Under the pieces are notes generated by a model. It had not been told where the DNA came from. It did no database searches and worked only from the letters and a program-made list of their open reading frames with translations. A stretch of DNA of 61,564 nucleotides, filler included, from Stramenopiles sp. TOSAG23-2 (lineage: Eukaryota), in NCBI GenBank assembly GCA_900128395.1. It is 3 parts of 3 records of this genome, joined end to end, with 100 filler letters (N's around TTAATTAATTAA, not from the genome) between each part and the next. Parts side by side here need not be neighbours in the genome. Positions count along the whole stretch, not along the records: positions 51,560 to 61,564 come from LT649484.1; 2 more parts are not named here. One strand, written 5' to 3'. A program made the translations under genes and the position numbers. Shown in pieces: positions 52,749 through 61,564 of the stretch. Within the stretch, counting starts at the first letter, position 1. Each line of letters begins with the position of its first letter.

Positions 52749-53903
52749 CTAAGTATCTTTACTTTCTTCCCATTCACTTTTTGTAATCCAAAAATCATCA
52801 CGATCACGCATGATATCTCCAAGTACAGATGCACCTAAGAAAACCATATTTCTACGTCTTGGTGGATCCTCGATACGTAATTTCAAACGATTTAAACGTG
52901 ATTTATCACCTTTCAATACACCTTGTAAATATTTTGCACGGATATCTTTTTCCAATCTTGTTGGTAATCCAGGATACATAGATGAACCACCAGACAATAC
53001 AATGTGTTTGTAAAAATCTGCACGACAATCCATATCTGCTTTTTGGATCATATTATATACCATATCTGCCATACCATCGCCTTCCACATCTATTAAGCTT
53101 GGTGTAAACAATGCCTCAGGAGCTTCAAAACGTTCACGACCAACTTTAATGACACGACCATCTGGTAAACGATATTTTTCAACTAAAACAGTGGTTTCCA
53201 ATGCTAATTTACGTTCTTGTTCAATATCATGTGCAACATAACATAAATCTTCTTTCACGCGTCTGATGGTTTCGAAATCAGCCGTACGATTAAATGCATA
53301 TCCACGCAACAATAACAATTTAATCATGTATTTTGTTATATGCCTTCCAGCAACATCTAAACGAGATATTAAATGTTGTGGCACAAAACCTTCATATACA
53401 GGTACAACATGTGTAACACCATCCCCTGTATCAACTACTACGCCAGTCAATAAACCTTGAGCATATAATGTTAACATAGCTTGGATAGCTTGATGGACTG
53501 CATCAAAGCCATATTTTTCAAACATGATTTCTATCGTCTTTTCACGATTTTTTTTTGGGTTCAATGGCGCCTCGGTCAGCATCATCTTCTTTTCCTCTGG
53601 GTTTATCTTTAACTTTTCATAAAAAGTATAATCCCATAATGCTTCCATATCATCCCAATGTCGGATAATACCACAGTCAACTGGATACTTAATTTCTAAA
53701 GCTTGTCTTACTGCAGCAGCTTCATCACCACACATTATATCTTTAAGTTCAATGTTACCGATAGCAGCTTCCTCGGCTCTTAATGTTGGTCTACCAACCA
53801 TACTAGGAAACATATGGCGTGGAAAATTTTCACCAGCAAAACCACACTTCACAAAACCTGTACCATTATCACATACAACTACATCTTCATTTATAGCTGA
53901 CAT
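52749..53903 (-). CDS. ARP2: Actin-related protein 2
   Basis: [56 protein letters not shown]. Confidence 0.96.
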   Translation of the reverse strand: MSAINEDVVVCDNGTGFVKCGFAGENFPRHMFPSMVGRPTLRAEEAAIGNIELKDIMCGDEAAAVRQALEIKYPVDCGIIRHWDDMEALWDYTFYEKLKINPEEKKMMLTEAPLNPKKNREKTIEIMFEKYGFDAVHQAIQAMLTLYAQGLLTGVVVDTGDGVTHVVPVYEGFVPQHLISRLDVAGRHITKYMIKLLLLRGYAFNRTADFETIRRVKEDLCYVAHDIEQERKLALETTVLVEKYRLPDGRVIKVGRERFEAPEALFTPSLIDVEGDGMADMVYNMIQKADMDCRADFYKHIVLSGGSSMYPGLPTRLEKDIRAKYLQGVLKGDKSRLNRLKLRIEDPPRRRNMVFLGASVLGDIMRDRDDFWITKSEWEESKDT

Positions 53904-54001
53904 GGTTTATAATTACTTTGTAAAATAATATCTAATATATACCTATCTATGAGTTTGTTGTGTGTGTGTATATATATATATATGTGTGTGTGTGTACTAT
54001 G

Positions 54002-56998
54002 TTATGAAATATAATATCTTGTTTTTGATCGATTTACTACTCTGCGTAATATGCATATATATGTATAATTCAACGCATGTTTCGTATAATTAGCTTCGGA
54101 ATTTAAATTTTTAAATTCATGATCCAAGACTTCACTAAAACTTATTAAATTTGATGCATCCTCATCTGCCTCTTTTTTTCTTTTTTTGAAAGAATTGCGA
54201 CGCCCGGAATATACTTTGACAATCGATTGAGAATGCGAGCGAGATGCTTTTCTTGTTTTTTCCCATTCTGTATTTAGATCATCAGGTATATCTTTATGCA
54301 ATAAATGTTGATTTTTTTCATGCATTTTCTTAATTTCATTTTGTTGTTGGTTGTCAGTGTCCATCTCATCATCGTTGAAATCATTATAAATATCCACACC
54401 TTCTAAATGATCATTTTCATCATCTTCCTCATCATCATCATCATCACTCAAATATGTATATGCATATTGCATTTTACCTGTTGCATCCATGTATTCCGTA
54501 ACAATTGCATTGCGTTTTTTAATACGTATGTTTAAACCGGAGTTTCTTTCTGGCAATAATTTCATGCTTTTATAAAGTAATTGAAGATCAGCTGTTGATA
54601 CTATGTTTTTCTTACTGCGAGTTGTATTAAACTCATCATCACCATTTTCTTTCGTATTTCGGGAATCAACATTTTCATCGTTCATTTGCTTAAGCGACAT
54701 GCTACCAGATCTACTTGGGGCTTTACTGCTTGCTTTGCTATTTGATTTACTTGGTTGTTTACTGACTTGTGTAGGTGTTGGTGCTGTTGATGATGGTATA
54801 ATTATATTTATTACACCTTCACTTTCTGTATCATTATAATCAGGGATATTTTCTTCTTCCTGGGCCGCTTTAATATTTTTAATAACATCACTTAATATTT
54901 GAAACAATTTATCTTCTATTTTTTCTAATATTTCTGAGATTTGATTCTTTTCTTTTTTCAATCTATTTATATCAGCAGCTGAACTGCGCGCAGGAGAACG
55001 ATTGATAATGGACGAACGACGCTTCCTTCTAGGCATTACAAATTTTGTCAATGGGTCTTCGTCTAATTGTACAGATGGCACCTTTACACCAATCCGTTTT
55101 GCGCATGCAGTTAAACCAATTAAACCATCGCGCTTTGTGACAAATTTAGTATGTGCACGCATTTTTGCGTGGTTTGCCTCATCAATTGCTTCCTTTAATT
55201 TAGAATTGTAAATATCAATTCCCAAACGCTTCTCATCACTTGTCGATACGCCTCCCCCGCTAATAAGTTTACTTTGTTCCAACAAGCGTTTCAAACGACT
55301 AACTTCTTGATGAAATTGTTCTAATTGTTGCTCTTTTTGCTCAATCAAATTATTTAAATTTTGAAATCTTCCTTCTTGATTTTCGAAAGATTCCAAAATT
55401 TTCTCCACATCACTAACACCAGTAGCTTGAAAAATATTCATTGCGGCCTCTTTGTATGGTTTTAAACGTTTTTCCTCTGCTTCTTTCTTTGCCTTTAAAA
55501 GCATTTGTTTCACTTCTTGCTCTTTCGCTTCTTTTGCCATTTGTTTCGCTTGTAAATCATCGCGAAACATTTGTGCTACTCTATCTCTTCGATTTGCCAT
55601 TCGTTGAATTTCTGCTGTCCACAATGCGCTATCTTCCACTTCTGCTAACAGCCTCTCCTCCAATAAACGATGTTTCTTCCTATTTTTTACAATTATTTTC
55701 TGCAATTTTGCATCTTCTATTTTTAAATGATCAAATTGTTTCATAATATCCCAATACGTTGCTTTTGTTATTTTTATATCTTCTTTATTTTTCGCTATAT
55801 GATGGTTGAAATCTTCGATTTGTTTTGACATACGACTTTTAAAAACCCCTTCCCTTTCCAATATGTAGTGTATTTGTGACTCCCAACGTTGTGAATTAGC
55901 ACTTAAAATAGCTAAACACTCTCTACATTTACGAGTCACAATCTCTTTCATAGACATGCCTGAAAATAATAAATCATTAATTTTTTTTGGTGTTTCCATA
56001 TGCAAATGACTATGACCAACAACATCGTTTAAAATGTCATCTAATATCGTTATTGGAGGTGTTCCTTGATGAAAAGAATACAAAAATTTGCGAACTCGCT
56101 TTATTAATAATTCATGCAACATTCGAGAAACCGTTGCTTTTGGTGACAAAGCATCGTCATATGATAATTCTTCGTATTGTATCCCTTTATGTTCAATTTT
56201 TAAGTTTGCCCTGAAATGATCAAACTTTTTATTTAAAACTTTTGTTAATTGCAACCTTTTCAGTTTTAATTGGTTGTATTTATTTTTTAATTGAGTAACT
56301 TCATCAGCTAATGTTTCTTTCGCAAATTCTTTGGCTTTCGAAAATGGTAAACCTCGATGTGATTGTTTATTGGCATTGTTCTTATTAATTTTCTTTCTTT
56401 TTGTTGGACTTTTCGTTGGAGTTGTTTGTTTTACTCTGCTGTTATTTTTATTGTTCTTCGTCTCATCCTTCTCCTCCTCCTTTTGTTGCACATTTTCTGT
56501 ATTGCGAGTCTCCAATTGTTTTTTTTTACGATTATTTTTCATAATTGGTGAAGTTTTTACTGTTTTATTATCACTAGGAACAATGTTTGGAACACGCGTA
56601 CGTTCAATTCTTCCTTTACTAATTACACTTTTTCCTGACATAAACTTACTATTTCTAGGTCGTTGCGGAGGTGGTATTGGATTGTTATATTTTGAGTTAT
56701 TAAATTGACTATTGCTATCACTGACACTTTGTTCAATTAAATTTCGTAATCCTTCCTCTTTCTCTTTTAATATTTGCTCCTCTTTATTTTTTTTATACAT
56801 TGCAACTACCCAAGTATCATATTCTCTTCTTTCCGCTTCAGCTTGAGCACGCCTACGAGCTTTCTTTGCATTTCTACGTCTTTTCTTTTTTTTCACGTCA
56901 TTCACACGAGGTATAGCTCCTGGAGCATGTTTAGTTACCTCATTATCCTCGTTATTATTCAAGAATATAGATCCAAATGGTTGTATGTCGTACGACAT
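54002..56998 (-). CDS. Coiled-coil protein with outer-dynein-arm docking complex (ODA-DC/CCDC151-like) segment
   Basis: 998 aa, long heptad regions, YKEAAMNIFQATGVSDVEKILESFENQE resembles the ATGVSD motif of ODA-DC proteins. Confidence 0.6.
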   Translation of the reverse strand: MSYDIQPFGSIFLNNNEDNEVTKHAPGAIPRVNDVKKKKRRRNAKKARRRAQAEAERREYDTWVVAMYKKNKEEQILKEKEEGLRNLIEQSVSDSNSQFNNSKYNNPIPPPQRPRNSKFMSGKSVISKGRIERTRVPNIVPSDNKTVKTSPIMKNNRKKKQLETRNTENVQQKEEEKDETKNNKNNSRVKQTTPTKSPTKRKKINKNNANKQSHRGLPFSKAKEFAKETLADEVTQLKNKYNQLKLKRLQLTKVLNKKFDHFRANLKIEHKGIQYEELSYDDALSPKATVSRMLHELLIKRVRKFLYSFHQGTPPITILDDILNDVVGHSHLHMETPKKINDLLFSGMSMKEIVTRKCRECLAILSANSQRWESQIHYILEREGVFKSRMSKQIEDFNHHIAKNKEDIKITKATYWDIMKQFDHLKIEDAKLQKIIVKNRKKHRLLEERLLAEVEDSALWTAEIQRMANRRDRVAQMFRDDLQAKQMAKEAKEQEVKQMLLKAKKEAEEKRLKPYKEAAMNIFQATGVSDVEKILESFENQEGRFQNLNNLIEQKEQQLEQFHQEVSRLKRLLEQSKLISGGGVSTSDEKRLGIDIYNSKLKEAIDEANHAKMRAHTKFVTKRDGLIGLTACAKRIGVKVPSVQLDEDPLTKFVMPRRKRRSSIINRSPARSSAADINRLKKEKNQISEILEKIEDKLFQILSDVIKNIKAAQEEENIPDYNDTESEGVINIIIPSSTAPTPTQVSKQPSKSNSKASSKAPSRSGSMSLKQMNDENVDSRNTKENGDDEFNTTRSKKNIVSTADLQLLYKSMKLLPERNSGLNIRIKKRNAIVTEYMDATGKMQYAYTYLSDDDDDEEDDENDHLEGVDIYNDFNDDEMDTDNQQQNEIKKMHEKNQHLLHKDIPDDLNTEWEKTRKASRSHSQSIVKVYSGRRNSFKKRKKEADEDASNLISFSEVLDHEFKNLNSEANYTKHALNYTYICILRRVVNRSKTRYYIS

Positions 56999-58022
56999 TT
57001 TTGCAAAAACAGCACCCTCAAGTCAAGATAAAAGAACGATCTAAAGAGTGAATTGCATGTATATTTTGTTGTGCAAAAGGATTTATATATTCTGTTTTTG
57101 TATATGTATATTTAGACTATTTGTCAAAACAACAACATGCATTCATTTTTTTCGTTTTCAATGATGGTATGTTCATTGTGTCTACTATGATAGGCAGTTA
57201 TTTAACAGTCGTCGGACTCGATGAAGATATTATGTTTGAGTATGGTCTTTCTTTTTTGCCATGATCTGTTCATAGTAAAATAATATTATACTGTATAAGC
57301 AAAATTCCACACTGCAAACCAAAGGCAAAGGCACAAAAGCAACACAAATTTGTAGAAAAAGGCTGTCGTCAAAATAATTAAGTCGAAGGTCTAATATTTT
57401 AAGTTCCCTTAATTATTTTCATGTATGATATACTCCTCGTAATAGTCTATGTAATAGCACTGTGATTGATGGTGTGTTAGTGTTAATCCCTTGTAAATAA
57501 GACGGATGAAACTCTCCCCAAAACAGACGGGTTCTAATTAGTACAGATTTATTATACTATAGATATTTGATAGGTAGATCTTTGGAAATAATAAATTCAT
57601 GGAATATTGATATCGCTATTTCTCCCATGCTATGTACCTGGAAAATAATGGAGGTTTTCTTAATACTTTTCCCATACTGTGCTGTTATAGAAAATTAATA
57701 ACACCAATTATAATAAAAAATGCATCATAAAAAATATTAAAATGGTGGTTTTAGGGCATTTTCCTTAAAACAAAATGTCGTTATTGTGCAGTGTGAATCA
57801 ATACACTAAATGGCAACTAATCTGGTAATAATAAAGCAACTAAAATATAAGCTGTATTCAAACGAATTATACAAAAGAAACAATTGAATAATATACAATA
57901 AAGATAATTGTTTACATGTGTGATGACAAAAAGTTCTTTTGCCTCTATCTCTCTCGTTATATCACACTGACTCTATTTGTTTGAAGCAAGTAGATTCATG
58001 TCCTTTTTGTAAAATAAATACC

Positions 58023-59126
58023 ATGGCTGATAATTCAAATGTACAATTAATAGCCTTAGTAAAAATTATATATCCTGGAAACTCCAATGCAACGAAACAG
58101 ATACACGAGTTAAAAATGGTATCAACAGGTGATACAGTAGAGCAACTGAAAATTAAAATAGAAGAAGAGTTTGGATATAAGGCATCTCATCAACAGTTGT
58201 GTTATTGCAATGATATCATGGATAATGAAGAACGGCTGTTGCATTATAAAGTTGAGAACAATACTTTTAATTATGTTGAAATATATGTATATATGATGGA
58301 TGAACCGTCAAGAACGTTTGGTAAAAATAACAAGGATAAAAAAAAAGAATCTAAAGGAGAAACGAAAAAAAATTTATGGAAAAAAGTTAAAGAAGAAACA
58401 TTTAAAAATAATAAGAAAAAAATTGTAGATCCATATATACCACAGAAACAAGATGAAAGGTTATGGATACCTGTAAGTGGATTTTTGCCTATTAAACCAC
58501 CGACTAGAAGAGCAATGTCGGAAGGTACAAAAGGTGTTTTACGTTTTATGGATGAATATAAATCTCATGCTGGTGTGCAACAGGAATGTTGCTTTGGTCT
58601 TATTACATTAGCACAGAGAACGGAAGAAGCGTTAATATTCAAAGAACGGTTAGTCAAAGAGGGTGTCATTGCTCGTGTAACAACGGCGTTGGCGCGTTTT
58701 TCATCTCACTATGGTTTACAAAAGCAAGGATTAGGTGTCATTCATTACATACTTTTTGATAAAAATACGGATTGCATATTTTCAATTATTCAACGTAAAG
58801 GTGTCCCTTTATCATTGAAAGCAATGGAAAAGTCTGTGTCACAATTACAACGATTAGAGAAAGGAGATCGTATTGAAAGTACTGGTATAACATGTTGTGA
58901 TATTATTGAATTTAGTTTGCATATTTTAATGATTTGTTGTGAATTTACATTATCAGCCCATACACAAGCGAAAGATGGTGATATTGAAAAAATATTGAAT
59001 GATGCTAAACAAGCTATCGAAGGTTGTTTGCAAGAGGATCGTTGTACAATATTAATCACTAAATTATTGAAAATTATAAAGGGTAAACCACCTAAAGAAA
59101 AGAAACAAAAGAAGAAGAAGAAATAA
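58023..59126 (+). CDS. Ubiquitin-like domain protein with ARM-like helical C-terminus
   Basis: DTVEQLKIKIEEEFG..ASHQQLCY...RLLHYKV UBL pattern; HAGVQQECC and HYGLQKQGL repeats; first ATG 58023. Confidence 0.7.
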   Translation: MADNSNVQLIALVKIIYPGNSNATKQIHELKMVSTGDTVEQLKIKIEEEFGYKASHQQLCYCNDIMDNEERLLHYKVENNTFNYVEIYVYMMDEPSRTFGKNNKDKKKESKGETKKNLWKKVKEETFKNNKKKIVDPYIPQKQDERLWIPVSGFLPIKPPTRRAMSEGTKGVLRFMDEYKSHAGVQQECCFGLITLAQRTEEALIFKERLVKEGVIARVTTALARFSSHYGLQKQGLGVIHYILFDKNTDCIFSIIQRKGVPLSLKAMEKSVSQLQRLEKGDRIESTGITCCDIIEFSLHILMICCEFTLSAHTQAKDGDIEKILNDAKQAIEGCLQEDRCTILITKLLKIIKGKPPKEKKQKKKKK

Positions 59127-59183
59127 AAGCGAAGAGAAGGAGAGATTATTTACACTAAAAAACTGTCCGCTGTGTTTGTACCC

Positions 59184-59239
59184 TAGTCTTCCTGGGAAAA
59201 CGAAGATTTGGACCTGGAAGATCTTTGGTGTCCAGAGAA
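59184..59239 (+). mobile_element. Copy C of the ~56-bp dispersed element with exact 9-bp flanking direct repeats
   Basis: TAGTCTTCCTGGGAAAACGAAGATTTGGACCTGGAAGATCTTTGGTGTCCAGAGAA flanked by TTTGTACCC at 59175-59183 and 59240-59248. Confidence 0.78.
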
Positions 59240-59390
59240 TTTGTACCCCGTGCTATTTTTTTTTTGGGAAATGCAAATGGGTGTTCATGTACATAAGCTA
59301 ATATTAAAATACGAAAAAAATTACGCGAGTCGGTAACATGTGTTAAAAATACACTCACACACGGTATAATTGTGTAACTTTAGTTTTGTT

Positions 59391-59789
59391 TTAGATATCT
59401 TTTAAAAACAATATTTTGTCTTGTTTAGCTGATGATACAGTTGTAGTATTATTTGTATTACGAGTATTATTATTAATATGCATATTATTTTTTGTTATTG
59501 CCGGCAAAATATAATGTTTTCTTCGTCCTTTTTTACCTCGTCGATGAAAAGGGTCTGGATCTCCTCCTTTTTGCTCATCATCATCTACTGATATAGATCG
59601 TTTTGTTAATGGCACATCGTCATTCGGTATGCTTAATTGTCTTTGTAATCCAGGTAATGATGGCAAAAGCTTGTCGTTTATTTTCAAACAAGTAGTAGGT
59701 AGTGTTATTTTTGTCTCCTCGGATAAGTTAACACTGCTGATCTCATTATTATTATTATCATACAATGTCATCATATTCATTGCAATCAT
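59391..59789 (-). CDS. Hypothetical low-complexity protein
   Basis: 132-aa ORF with the Asn/Asp tracts typical of real genes here. Confidence 0.45.
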   Translation of the reverse strand: MIAMNMMTLYDNNNNEISSVNLSEETKITLPTTCLKINDKLLPSLPGLQRQLSIPNDDVPLTKRSISVDDDEQKGGDPDPFHRRGKKGRRKHYILPAITKNNMHINNNTRNTNNTTTVSSAKQDKILFLKDI

Positions 59790-60410
59790 TTCTTAATTAT
59801 TATTGTTCTTTTTTAATATTATTATATTGTTGTTATATTATGATTTACTTTTACATAAACTTTATGTTTTTTTTATTTTCGGTTGTTATTTCTATTTCTA
59901 TAAAAATATGTACGTATATTTTGTATTTTAATATTTTGTTGTTTGTATCTTCAACATTAGGACGTTCTATCTCTACGGTGGTATATTGAAAGTCTCTTTT
60001 CTGGTGTTTGTCTTGTCAAAATAAAGCCAAGCTAAAGCAAGCCTGGCAAGTTGTTCGAGGTCAATCATAAACAGCCTACAAATATAAATAACAGGCGAAC
60101 ACCACCAGGCGCGGCTACCATCGGCTTACAGTATCAGGAGTGTACGAAGCTATATGTACTTAAAAAAAATTCTAATAAATAACACTATAATATATCCTGC
60201 TGCTGATGTGATCTCAGATGAACCTCGAAAACGAACCTCAAATTCACCCAAAACTTGTATGTGTAAAATATCCATACAGAGAGAGAGAGAGAGAGATACA
60301 AAATAACAACAAAAGAATTTTAATATAGTATCAACTATTTGATATAACCCATTAAATTACAATAATAGCAATTAAGTATTTATATACACATCCACAAACA
60401 TCAATAAAAA

Positions 60411-61445
60411 ATGATGACCGAAACAATTATCATATTTGCTACATTATGTATTGTAGCCTGTCATGCAGTACATCCAGTGCAAGATGGTTCTTTAACGGAA
60501 ACTGAAGAGTTTTTGTCATATATGGAAGTTTACAATAAACAATATGCTACCATGGAAGAGAAAAACAAACGTATGAGTATTTTTTTAAAACATAAAGAAT
60601 TTGTCATTAATCATAACAATGAATATGCTAAAGGTATCCATACGTTTTCATTGGAATTGAACGCCTTTGCGGATATTACCAACGAAGAGTACAAAGCTAA
60701 ATATTTAGGTTTGAAAATTGACATTGGAAGTTATTTAGGCGGGAAGGCAGATACTTACGTTCCAGAATTCAAAGGTGCTGCACCAGATGCATGGGATTGG
60801 AGAACCAACGCTACAAATGTTGTAGGTCCGGTAAAGAACCAAGGTGGGTGTGGGAGTTGTTGGGCTTTCTCTGCTGTTGCAACTATGGAAGGGCAATTAA
60901 ACAAGAAAACAAATAAAATTAATTCTTTATCAGAGCAAGAGTTGGTTGATTGTGTACGAGGTGGCAAAGATACCTGCACGCAAGGAGGTGAAATGTATGA
61001 TGGTGAAGAGTATGGTGTAACAACTGGTATGGTGTCAGAGGCAGACTATCCATATCAAGGTTCATCTGGCAATGCATGCAGCGTAAAAGGAAAAAATATT
61101 GTGCACAAATACAGTGGGTATACTAACATTACATCGGGTGACGAGGATGCATTAAAATCTGCGACATTTGAACAACCAATTATTAGCGTTGGTATCGATG
61201 CTAGCTCCATATGGTTTCAATTATACTTTGGTGGTGTGTTCAATGATAAAAGCTGCAAAACAAAAGCAGCTGATTTAGACCATGGTGTTGCAGTTGTTGG
61301 ATACGGCACTTACAAAGGCAAAGATTTCTGGATGGTAAGAAATAGTTGGGGCGGCAGCTGGGGTATCAAAGGATACATCATGATGTCTCGTAATGCAAAC
61401 AATCAATGCGGTATTGCTACGCAGGCTTCTTTTGCAAAATTGTAA
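60411..61445 (+). CDS. Cathepsin L-like papain-family (C1A) cysteine protease with I29 propeptide
   Basis: Signal peptide, LNAFADITNEEY, DWR, VKNQGGCGSCWAFS, LDHGV, RNSWG. Confidence 0.96.
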   Translation: MMTETIIIFATLCIVACHAVHPVQDGSLTETEEFLSYMEVYNKQYATMEEKNKRMSIFLKHKEFVINHNNEYAKGIHTFSLELNAFADITNEEYKAKYLGLKIDIGSYLGGKADTYVPEFKGAAPDAWDWRTNATNVVGPVKNQGGCGSCWAFSAVATMEGQLNKKTNKINSLSEQELVDCVRGGKDTCTQGGEMYDGEEYGVTTGMVSEADYPYQGSSGNACSVKGKNIVHKYSGYTNITSGDEDALKSATFEQPIISVGIDASSIWFQLYFGGVFNDKSCKTKAADLDHGVAVVGYGTYKGKDFWMVRNSWGGSWGIKGYIMMSRNANNQCGIATQASFAKL

Positions 61446-61564
61446 CTTGCTTATTAGTGTGCTTGAAAAAGAAGGAAGAAGAGAGGTGTGTGTGTTAAAT
61501 GGACGGAAAAGGTGTATGTGGTGTTGCCTCCACCTTCTTTTCTTTATGATATTTATATGATATA

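Noticed and set aside
1-61564. tRNA, rRNA, snoRNA genes and a non-standard genetic code
   Set aside because: No cloverleaf or rRNA-like segments seen; conserved genes read through in the standard code and end in TAA, TAG or TGA

Overview
AT-rich eukaryotic DNA with dense, apparently intron-less genes and many Asn/Asp/Gln low-complexity tracts. It looks like a flagellated protist, and a stramenopile-like lineage is my inference only. The window is three contigs joined by two artificial 100-bp N linkers carrying TTAATTAATTAA (25682-25781, 51460-51559), so synteny across them is meaningless. Recognisable genes are a Dispatched/Patched-like RND protein, purple acid phosphatase (frameshifted), an alpha/beta-hydrolase, an MFS transporter, eIF2B-epsilon, RPL27a, eIF3e, Ku80, glyoxalase II, kinesin-13, an ARM protein, RNase Z, a Popeye/cNMP protein, a RasGEF+VPS9 protein, Arp2, an ODA-docking-like coiled coil, a UBL protein and cathepsin L. 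The most notable observations are: (1) a single-chain RavA/MoxR AAA+ ATPase-vWA fusion with a mitochondrial-type presequence; (2) a signal-peptide + MRH lectin + OTU protease fusion; (3) a ~56-bp dispersed element present once on each contig, two copies flanked by 9-bp direct repeats; (4) a recurrent TACGA/TCGTA motif concentrated at gene 3' ends. All family calls come from motif recognition, with no database search.
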